Assembly: GCA_964556105.1 (NCBI GenBank)
Contig: CAZKWG010000002.1
Coordinates: 1 to 40,159 of the forward strand
DNA from: an uncultured Enterobacterales bacterium
GTDB taxonomy: Bacteria > Myxococcota_A > UBA796 > CAZKWG01
Direction of reading: 5' to 3'
Length of the DNA: 40,159 nucleotides
This document shows, one piece after another, positions 10,247 to 18,203 of the stretch. Numbering within the stretch: position 1 is the first letter of the stretch; each line of letters starts with the position of its first letter. Below the pieces are notes generated by a model. It made no database searches. It saw only the letters and a program-made list of their open reading frames with translations, and had not been told where the DNA came from. A program made the translations under genes and the position numbers.

Positions 10247-10968
10247 GCACCTCCTCTCTCGGCCTGGAGCTCCTGGGAGAGGATGATCGCGCCCTCTACC
10301 TGATCAAGCCCGCGGGCCTGCCCGTGTTCCCTCCCCACGCCGACCCTGCGGGCGACTGCGTCCTGCGCCGCCTGCTGGCCTCGCGGCCCGAGCAGGCCGA
10401 GATCCCCTTTCCCCCTGGCTTCGAGGGTGGGATCGCCCACCGTCTGGACAACCCCACCAGCGGGCTGCTCCTGGTCGCCCGCTCCACCCGCGCGCTGACC
10501 GAGCTGCGCGCCCTCTTCTCGGAGCGGCGGCTCCGCAAACATTATCTGCTCGTCACGGAGCGTCAGGTCCCCTGGCGCGCGCACCGGGTCCTCACCCCGC
10601 TGGCCCACGACGCGCGCCGCCGCGACCGCATGATCGCCCAGCGCGGCGCCAGCACGCCCCACCGCGGGCGCTGGTACGAGGCCGAGACCGAGCTGAGCTG
10701 GCAGGGCCGGACCGCGCTCGGGGATCGTTGGGAGGCGGTGATCACCACCGGCGTCATGCACCAGATCCGCGCGCACGCGGCCTCCGTGGGGCCGGCCCTG
10801 CGCGGGGATCGCGTCTATGGGGGGGGCGATCCGCTGTGCGCCGCCCAGCTCCCTGGCCTGCCGGTGGGCGTCGGTCTCCTGCTGCACCACGCGCGCCTGG
10901 AGGGGCCCGGCCTGCCCGATCTGCGCTGCCCGCCACCCGCGTGGTGGCCGCAGATCCACGCGCGCTGA
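10243..10968 (+). CDS. RluA-family pseudouridine synthase (no S4 domain)
   Basis: 241 aa. The catalytic motif is HRLDNPTSGLLLVARS, and TGVMHQIRAHAA resembles the conserved TGRTHQIR block. The GTG start overlaps the helicase stop (GTGA). Confidence 0.85.
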   Translation: MSTSSLGLELLGEDDRALYLIKPAGLPVFPPHADPAGDCVLRRLLASRPEQAEIPFPPGFEGGIAHRLDNPTSGLLLVARSTRALTELRALFSERRLRKHYLLVTERQVPWRAHRVLTPLAHDARRRDRMIAQRGASTPHRGRWYEAETELSWQGRTALGDRWEAVITTGVMHQIRAHAASVGPALRGDRVYGGGDPLCAAQLPGLPVGVGLLLHHARLEGPGLPDLRCPPPAWWPQIHAR

Positions 10969-10993
10969 GCTGGCCATGAGATAGGATGGTCGC

Positions 10994-11998
10994 GTGTACG
11001 AGATCGAGCTGATCGTGGAGGGCGAGGGTGGTCCCCGACTGCGTGTCGGAGGGCGCGTCCTCTTCGTCGGGCGCGGACGCCAGTGCGACCTTGTCCTGCA
11101 GGACGAGGCGATCTCCACCCGCCACCTGGCGATCTGGTCGGGAGATGGCCAGCTCTTCGTCGAGGACCTGCGGAGCCGCAACGGGACGCGCATCAACGGC
11201 CGCCCGCTGCAGGGGCGCGGCGAGCTGCGCACCGACGACGTCATCGAGCTGGGCGTGAGCGTCCGCCTGCGCGTCCTGGACGTTCCGTCCGAGCGCGCCA
11301 GCCTGCCGCAGGAGCACCCGCTGGTGGAGGACATGGCCTCGGGCGCCTGCTTCCCGCTGCGCAAGGAGCGCTTCGTCTTCGGCGGCGAGAGCTCGGCCGA
11401 CGTCTACATCCCCGGGGCCGCGCGCTCCGCCGCGGTGCTGATCGTCCACGCCGACGGCGAGATCTGGCTGGGCGCCGACGCTGAGGACAGGCTCCTGCAA
11501 AAAGATGAAGAATTTCAGGTATCTGGGCGTCGGTTTCGACTCAGCACCCCCGCGCACGACCTCGGCCTCACCCGCGAGCTGGTGACGGTCGGCTACCCCT
11601 ACGGGCTGTTCGCCTCCCTGGACGGCCCCGCCGGCCCCGTGGCGACCATCACCCACCTGGAGAACAACGTGGCGGTCGAGCTGCGCGCCGAGACCCGCGC
11701 CGTGCTGCTCTACCTGCTCGGCCGCAAGCTGCGCGAGGACATCGCCTCCGGCGTCCCCGCGCTGGACCGGGGCTGGCTCTCGGAGTCCGAGGCGGCGCAG
11801 GGCATCTGGGGGCGCGGCGGGGTCGCCAACCGCGGGACGGCCTTGAACGTGCTCATCTTCCGCATCCGCAAGGATCTGGAGGCGGGCGGCTTCGACCCCT
11901 GGTGCCTGGAGAAGCGCGCCCGCTGCCTGCGCATCCGCGTCGAGCAGGCGGAGATCGGCGGCTCACAGGATCAGAACCCCGATCCCAGGAGCAGGTAG
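10994..11998 (+). CDS. FHA-domain transcriptional regulator (FHA + second FHA-like domain + C-terminal OmpR/PhoB-type winged helix)
   Basis: 334 aa. FHA signature: VGRGRQCDLVLQDEAISTRHLAIW...LRSRNGTRINGRPL. The second module is FVFGGESSADVYIPGAA...IVHADGEIWLGA. The C-terminus WLSESEAAQGIWGRGG...ALNVLIFRIRKDLE...CLRIRV resembles trans_reg_C. Confidence 0.8.
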   Translation: MYEIELIVEGEGGPRLRVGGRVLFVGRGRQCDLVLQDEAISTRHLAIWSGDGQLFVEDLRSRNGTRINGRPLQGRGELRTDDVIELGVSVRLRVLDVPSERASLPQEHPLVEDMASGACFPLRKERFVFGGESSADVYIPGAARSAAVLIVHADGEIWLGADAEDRLLQKDEEFQVSGRRFRLSTPAHDLGLTRELVTVGYPYGLFASLDGPAGPVATITHLENNVAVELRAETRAVLLYLLGRKLREDIASGVPALDRGWLSESEAAQGIWGRGGVANRGTALNVLIFRIRKDLEAGGFDPWCLEKRARCLRIRVEQAEIGGSQDQNPDPRSR

Positions 11999-14230
11999 AC
12001 CGCGCCAGCGTCGCTGTGCGCGCCCGGCGCGCCGATGAACAGGTCGGGGGCGCCGTCGCCGTCTACGTCGCCGCTGCTCAGCGCCGCGCCGGTCTCGTCG
12101 GTGCTGCCGTCCCCGCTCAGGGTGAGATCGGGGGCGCTCAACGCGCCGGACAGCCCGCCGCCGAACCAGAGCGCCGCGCCGTTCGCCCCGCCCAACAGGA
12201 CCTCTCCGATCCCGTCCCCGTCCAGATCGCCCAGGACATGCACGGCGGAGCCGAACCCCGAGTCGCCGCTGAAGGTCGCGTCGGCGCTGGCCAGCGCGGC
12301 GGGGGCGGAGGTGAGGGGGCCGAGGACCAGGCGGGCGCGGGAGGCGTCGCCGTCGGCGACGAGCAGGTCGTCCGTGCCATCGCCGTCCACGTCTCCGGCG
12401 TGGAGCGCGCCGCCGGTGGTGCCGTCGGCGGAGCCCGTGAACGTGCGCACGGCGCTGCTCTCGCTGAGCGCCCCCGCCCGAAGACAGATCGACCACATAG
12501 ACGGTCGGCACCGGGCTGGCGCCGAGCACCCCTGGGTTGTAGGCCGAGACGACCAGCTCGCTCACGCCGTCGCCGTCCGCGTCGGCCACGGCCAGCGCCC
12601 GGCCGGTCTGGCTCTGCGCCTCCTCGGCCGAGGGCTGGAAGGTCGCGGTCGCGTCGTCGCTCTCCAGCTCTCCGCTGAGCGGCCCGGCGAGGAGATAGGC
12701 CATGCCCACGTTGGCGGACTCCAGGCCCAGGCCCAGGGCGACCGCCTCGTAGGGCGCGCCGAGGGCCAGATCCGCGTCCCCGTCGCCGTCCAGGTCGCCC
12801 ATGACCATCGCCGCGCCGAAGCCCGTGCCGCCCCCCGGTCCGCTCACCACCACCTCGGCGCCGGAGAGCCCGCCGCCTGCGTCCGCCGGGCCGCTCAACA
12901 GATAGGCCACCTCGCCCCCGGGCGCGCTCGCGGCGATCTCCGCGTAGCCGTCGCCGTCCAGATCGCCGCCCGAGGCCAGCGCGTACCCGGCGTCGTCACC
13001 CTCCGTCGTGCCCTTCCAGGCCACGTTCTCGCCCAGCTCCGAGGACGCCTCGGGGACGTCGAGCACCACGTAGACGCCGCCCTTGCCGTCGTACCGCTCG
13101 GTGGCGCCCACGACGAGGTCGGCGCGCCCGTCCCCGTCCAGGTCCTGGCCGCTCAGCAGCGACACACCGGCGCGCTCGCCGTCGGTCTCCCCGTCGAAGA
13201 TCAGCGGCAGGTCGATGAGCTCCAGCGTGCAGTCGGTCGTGCCGCCGTCGCAGTCGTCGTCGCTGGCGGTCGAGCACACCTCGACCGCGTCCGGGTTGAT
13301 GTCCTCGTCGGCGTCGTCGCAGTCCTGATCGTCGGCCACGGTCCCCGCGGGTTGCTCGCAGAAGGGCGCGCCCTCGTCGCCCTCGTCGCCGAAGCCGTCG
13401 CCGTCCGCGTCGGGGTAATAGAGGGTCAGGCCGCTGGTGTTCAGGGTTGGATCGGCGTCGTCGATCAGCTCGTCGCAGTCGTCGTCCAGGGTGTTGCAGA
13501 CCTCGTCCGCGTCCGGGGAGACGGCCGCGTCGCCGTCGTCGCAGTCGCCCTCGCAGCCCTTGACGCCGTCGCCGTCATCGTCCAATGCGCCGTTCAACCC
13601 GTCGCAGTTGTAGTCGGCGTCCTCGCAGGGCTCCTCGGCGTAGGGGTGAACGGCGGCGTCGGCGTCGTCGCAGTCGCCCGCCTGCGCCACCGTGCCCGCG
13701 GGCGCCTCGCAGGCCGTCACGCGGCTCTCCTCGACGCCGAAGCCGTCTTCGTCGGCGTCGGTGTACCAGGCCGTCCCGTCGATGGCCGAGTCATCGGCCT
13801 CGCCGTCGCAGTCGTTGTCCACCCCGTCGCAGATCTCGGCGGCGTCCGGGTTCAGGCTGGCGTCGCCGTCGTCGCAGTCCAGGCCGTTGGTGACGCTGCC
13901 CGTCGGCTGTGTGCAGGCCACCACCGTCGCGGCCGGGTCGCCGGCGCCGTCCTCGTCGAGATCGGCGTAGAAGATCGTCTCCTCGCTCATGGCGACGTCG
14001 TCGATGGCGCCGTCGCAGTCGTCGTCGAGGGCGTTGCACGCCTCGGCGGCGTCGGGGTTCACGCTGGCGTCGCCGTCGTCGCAGTCAGCGCCCCCGAACT
14101 GGGCGGCCTCGTGTCCGTCCCCATCCTGGTCGGCCCGCTCGGCGAGCTCCGCTTTGGTGATCCAGCTGCAGCTGGCGCACAGCAGCGGCAGCGCGAACGC
14201 GAAGATCGAGCGTTGGAGCCGGTCATGCAT
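11971..14230 (-). pseudogene. Lipoprotein with 5 MopE-type Cys-rich 'putative metal-binding' repeats and a 7-blade FG-GAP/integrin-alpha-like propeller; reading frame broken by a 1-nt frameshift near 12471-12475
   Basis: The N-terminus has lipobox LLCASC. There are five DCDDxDxxxxPxAxExCxxxDxDCDG modules, followed by FG-GAP/DxDGDG blades. After ...PVPTVYVVDLSSGG the track frame turns into Arg/Pro junk. The ORF at 11971..12498 in a different frame continues with three more perfect FG-GAP blades (...ALSESSAVRTFTGSADG...). Confidence 0.75.
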
Positions 14231-14239
14231 GGTGCGCTC

Positions 14240-15100
14240 CTACCACTGGAGGAGGACGAGCGCGGCCACGCCCGCGCCCACGGCGAGCGCCGCGGAGGAG
14301 CCGGAGGCCACGACCAGGCTGTTGGTGCGCGCGCGGCTGGCGACCAGATCCACCCGGTCCCACTCGGGATGATCGGCGTCGAAGTCGCTGGCGGACCCGG
14401 CGGCCAGCCCATACAGCGCGCCCGCCGCGATGCCGGCCGCCAGGGAGCCCCCCGCGAGGGCCAGCCGCGCGCGCCGCTGGGGCGCCTCGCCCCCCGTCCT
14501 TGCGCGAGCGTCCTGCGGCTCGGCCGCCAGCATCGGGTAGGCGGGCATCGCGTCGCCCGGGAAGAGGTAGGCGCTGGCGACGGGCACGCCGTTGGCGTCC
14601 TGGACCTGGACCAGGGTGGGCCAGCGGGTGGGGCGGTCCAGGCTCTCGACGCCGTCGAAGCGCACCGCGCCGTCGCGCGGCCGGGGGACACGCTCAGCGG
14701 CGGCGTTGTCCAGCGGAAACTGTCCGTACAGGTCGCGGATCATGTGCCCCTCGGGCACCAGCCAGCTCGGCAGGATGTAGGTGCTGTCCGCCGCGCGGGC
14801 GGCGGCGAAGGCCTGCACGGCGCGCGCCTCCTCGCTGGCCACGAACTGGCGCAGACCCTGGAGCCGATGAATACGCGCCACCGCGCCCACGTCCAACACG
14901 TCGACCAGGCAGGGGACCGCGTAGCTGGCCTCGTCCATCGCCTCGAGGAAGGTCTCGACCTGAAGCTCGCTGAAGGCCGTCTCCGCGCGCGCGAGCGTCT
15001 GCTCGAGCGCCGCGGCGCGGGTGGGCGCCGGGCAGGCTGCCTGCGCGTGGACCACCCGCGGGCCGATGACGAGGAGGAGCACAGACAGGGCTCGCGTCAC
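14240..15100 (-). CDS. Hypothetical exported protein with C-terminal membrane anchor
   Basis: 286 aa with a GTG start. It has an N-terminal signal peptide (LSVLLLVIGPRVVHAQA) and a C-terminal Gly/Ala-rich TM region. It ends 9 nt upstream of the FG-GAP gene start, so the two are probably co-transcribed. I recognise no family. Confidence 0.6.
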   Translation of the reverse strand: MTRALSVLLLVIGPRVVHAQAACPAPTRAAALEQTLARAETAFSELQVETFLEAMDEASYAVPCLVDVLDVGAVARIHRLQGLRQFVASEEARAVQAFAAARAADSTYILPSWLVPEGHMIRDLYGQFPLDNAAAERVPRPRDGAVRFDGVESLDRPTRWPTLVQVQDANGVPVASAYLFPGDAMPAYPMLAAEPQDARARTGGEAPQRRARLALAGGSLAAGIAAGALYGLAAGSASDFDADHPEWDRVDLVASRARTNSLVVASGSSAALAVGAGVAALVLLQW

Positions 15101-15179
15101 GGGGACCTCACGGGTGAAGGGGCTGCGTTGCTCTCTACCTGGGCGTCCGCGGCGGGACAGGGGGGCTGTAGCTGCGCTG

Positions 15180-16871
15180 TCATCGGCACAGCTTCAGGCC
15201 GGCCTCACAGCGGATAGTGTAGGTTCGCCCTGCGACGACGTCGAGCGTCAGGACCGAGGTCGGGGTGCCCGGCTCGAAGAAGACGCTGAGCGTGTAGCTG
15301 CCGGGGGCGATCCTGCCGGGCCGGTGACGGGCGCCGCTCGCGTCGATCAGCCACGCCTGGCTGACCCCGCTGACCGTGACGTTGTCTCCGCTCGGCTCGG
15401 CGGTCGCGCGGGCGGGTGTCGGCGCTGGGGGCGGCGCCGCGGGCGGGGTGGCCTCGGGGCGTGGCTGGGCGGCGGACGGGGCTCGGGCCTGGCTGGCGGA
15501 GGGCGCTGACGTCGGGCTCGGCGTCGCGGGCGCGTCGAGCTCCGCCGCCAGGGGCGCCTCTACCTCTGCGGCGGCGGCGCTGGGGACCTCGCGGGGGGCC
15601 TCGCGCGCGGACGTGGGCGGGCTGGGGGCCGGATCGGAGGGCGTCGCGTCGCGCAGCATCCAGAGGCTCAGCGCGCCGAGCAGGACCGCCAGCAGGCCCG
15701 TCAAGACCAGGGTCCGAGGTCGAGGCGCGCCGCGGAGCTCATGGACGCTCGGGGCCACCTCGACCTCGGACCTGGAAGGTGGCGCGGTCCTCCAGGTCAG
15801 GGAGGGCGGCGGCGAAGTGGGCGGCGGCGGCGGCGGCAGGGGCGGCGGCAGCACCTCCGGCGGGTCGATCCGGCTCCCCCCGTGCTCGGGCGTCGGGGTG
15901 ATCAGCGCCTCGCTCGCGTCGCAGGTCTCCGCCGAGCGCTCGAAGAGCGGGGGCGCGAGGGCGCGGATCAGCGCGAGGTGCGAGGTCTCCCAGATCTCGG
16001 AGAGATCGTCGGGCAGGGCGACGAAGCGCCCCTCGGATCTGCCGGTCCAGACGTCCAGGAGCTGCTCGGCGGTGGCGATCCGCTCGCCGTGCTCGGGGCG
16101 CAGCGCCCGCTCGATGGCGCGCACCATCCGGTCCGGGGCCGAGGGGACCAGCTCGCGCACCGGGCGCCAGGCGTTGGCGGCGATGGCCCGGTAACAGCCC
16201 ATCGCGTCCACCTGCGGGAAGGCCATCACGCCGGTCAACATCTCGTAGAGCGTGGCGCCCAGCGCGAAGAGGTCGGCGCGCGCGTCCACGCTGGAGGCGT
16301 CGCTGAACTGCTCCGGCGCCATGTAGGCGGGCGTCCCCATCATCACGCCGTGCGAGGTCATGCGCGGGCCGGCGGGGAGCTCGTCCGAGGTGACGCAGAC
16401 GCGCGCCAGCCCGAAGTCGCTGATCCGCGGCTGCGCGGCGCGCCCTTGAACGGAGACGAGGATGTTCGCCGGCTTCAGGTCCCGGTGAATGAGGCCGGCG
16501 CCGTGCGCGTGGGCCAGCGCCTGCATGAGCGCGCGGGCGAGCGCGTCGGCCTGCATCAGGCTCGGGTGGTAGTGGCGCAGCAGGCTCTCCAGGCTCGGGC
16601 CGTCCACCAGCTCCATCACCAGGGCCGGGGAGCCGCCGACGCGGAACACGTCCACCACCGAGACGATGTTCTCGTGCTTGAGCATCGACTGGATGCGGCC
16701 CTCCTGGATCGCCCGCTGCATCACCCCCGGAGAATTGCGAGTGATCAGCTTCAACGCCCGCTGCAGGCCGAGCTCGAGGTGCCGGACGCGGTAGACCTCG
16801 GCCAGGGCTCCGCGGCCGAGAAGACCCTCGACACGGTATCGATCTACGATTTCTCCGCTTTGAAGGGGCAT
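15180..16871 (-). CDS. Hanks-type Ser/Thr protein kinase with Pro-rich linker, one TM helix and a PEGA-like extracytoplasmic C-terminal domain
   Basis: 563 aa. Kinase motifs are GRGALAEVY...ALK, HRDLKPANILV, DFGLAR and GTPAYMAPE. The TM helix is LVLTGLLAVLLGALSLWML. The C-terminus GRIAPGSYTLSVFFEPG...VVAGRTYTIRC is PEGA-like; that part is inference. Confidence 0.9.
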   Translation of the reverse strand: MPLQSGEIVDRYRVEGLLGRGALAEVYRVRHLELGLQRALKLITRNSPGVMQRAIQEGRIQSMLKHENIVSVVDVFRVGGSPALVMELVDGPSLESLLRHYHPSLMQADALARALMQALAHAHGAGLIHRDLKPANILVSVQGRAAQPRISDFGLARVCVTSDELPAGPRMTSHGVMMGTPAYMAPEQFSDASSVDARADLFALGATLYEMLTGVMAFPQVDAMGCYRAIAANAWRPVRELVPSAPDRMVRAIERALRPEHGERIATAEQLLDVWTGRSEGRFVALPDDLSEIWETSHLALIRALAPPLFERSAETCDASEALITPTPEHGGSRIDPPEVLPPPLPPPPPPTSPPPSLTWRTAPPSRSEVEVAPSVHELRGAPRPRTLVLTGLLAVLLGALSLWMLRDATPSDPAPSPPTSAREAPREVPSAAAAEVEAPLAAELDAPATPSPTSAPSASQARAPSAAQPRPEATPPAAPPPAPTPARATAEPSGDNVTVSGVSQAWLIDASGARHRPGRIAPGSYTLSVFFEPGTPTSVLTLDVVAGRTYTIRCEAGLKLCR

Positions 16872-17035
16872 GATTGGATTCCATGCCGATTCTATGATCC
16901 TAATCCTGTTAAGTCAATCGGAGAGCTGTGCGTTGCAGCGGCGCTGTAACTGCGGAGAAACCGGTCGGGCGATCCACCTGAGGTAAATCTTCAGGGAGAA
17001 CGACCACCTCGGAGCGCTGGGACCTGGAGGTGAAC

Positions 17036-18106
17036 ATGTCGCGACTCCTCCTGCATTCCTGGAGCGCTTTGTTGGAGGCGCTGACGCAGGGGCTGTTCCG
17101 ACCGGGGCGGCCCTGGCACACGCTCCTCGCCGCGTATCTGATGGCCTCGGCCGTCGGCCTGGTGTCGCTGTTGCTGCCACGATCGGCGCAGTTCGACGCT
17201 TCCCTCGTGATCTTCGTCATCCTCACCGGGCCGGTGCTCAGCGTATGGATCGCCTGGCGCAGGGATCGCCTCAGCGGCGTCGAGCAGACCTCGCTGCTCG
17301 TCTACGCCACGGCGGCGGTCACCGCGGTCGACCTGCTCTCGGGCAGCGCGGCCAGCCCCTTCGTCAGCCTTCAGATCTGGCCGGTGCTGACGGCGGCGCT
17401 GCTCCTCCCACGCGGCGCGCTGTTTCTCGTCACGGCGCTGGCGGTCGGGGGAGCGTTCCTCTCCATCGGGCTGGGCGATCGTTCGGGGGACGGGCTGATC
17501 CGCGTGCTCGTGCTGAGCGTCACGCTGATCGTCACGGCCCTGGCGACGCGCCGGGGGGTGCGACAGGTGCGCACGCTGCTCGCGCAGCTCGAGGCGCAGA
17601 CGCGCACGGACGCGCTGACCGGGCTGCTGAACCGGCGGGCCTTCGATGAGCAGCTCACGCAGGAGGTGGGGCTGGCGGCGCGCGGGGACACGATGTTCTC
17701 CCTGGCCATCCTGGATGTCGATACCTTCAAGGCGGTGAACGACGCGGGCGGTCACGCCGCGGGAGACGCCACCCTGCGGAGCGTGGCGGAGGCCCTCCGC
17801 GGCCGGCTGCGCGCGACGGACGAGGTGTTCCGCGTCGGCGGGGACGAGTTCGCCGTCCTGCTGCGGGGCTGTGACGCCGAGGCCGCCGTCCTGGTGCTTC
17901 AGGACGCCGTCTACCCGCTGCGCAAGAGGGCGGCGCCCTTGACCCTCAGCGGGGGGATAGCGGGCTGCCCGGAGAGCGGCTGTGACGAGCGCACCCTGAT
18001 GTCTGCCGCGGACAGCGCGCTCTACGCGGCGAAGCAGGCCGGGCGGGATCGCCTGCGCGTCGCGCCGCCGCACGCCCGGACGCTCCGGGCGGGACAGGGG
18101 CGCTGA
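17036..18106 (+). CDS. Membrane-bound diguanylate cyclase (GGDEF domain with RxxD I-site)
   Basis: The ATG at 17036 follows GGAGG (17026-17030); the track start GTG at 17030 is an alternative. About 6 N-terminal TM helices precede RTDALTGLLNRRAF...LDVDTFKAVND...RATDEVFRVGGDEFAVLL. Confidence 0.9.
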   Translation: MSRLLLHSWSALLEALTQGLFRPGRPWHTLLAAYLMASAVGLVSLLLPRSAQFDASLVIFVILTGPVLSVWIAWRRDRLSGVEQTSLLVYATAAVTAVDLLSGSAASPFVSLQIWPVLTAALLLPRGALFLVTALAVGGAFLSIGLGDRSGDGLIRVLVLSVTLIVTALATRRGVRQVRTLLAQLEAQTRTDALTGLLNRRAFDEQLTQEVGLAARGDTMFSLAILDVDTFKAVNDAGGHAAGDATLRSVAEALRGRLRATDEVFRVGGDEFAVLLRGCDAEAAVLVLQDAVYPLRKRAAPLTLSGGIAGCPESGCDERTLMSAADSALYAAKQAGRDRLRVAPPHARTLRAGQGR

Positions 18107-18203
18107 TCGGGGGGCTGCACGGGGGCCGAGCGCTGCAGCGATGCGATCCACGGTCGCTTCCGCTACACTGACCAGCGCCGTGCCGGTACGCCGATGGAGA
18201 CCC

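Noticed and set aside
13220-14110. Periodic DNA repeats that could be mistaken for a tandem-repeat or CRISPR-like array.
   Set aside because: They are in-frame, diverged coding repeats (MopE-type modules) inside a long ORF. There is no repeat-spacer regularity.
18141-18203. Upstream ATG start for the large lipoprotein (track start 18141).
   Set aside because: The internal ATG at 18204 yields a standard lipoprotein signal peptide (MRASLFLFVLLGLPAC). The 21 extra residues add nothing recognisable. The longer form cannot be excluded.
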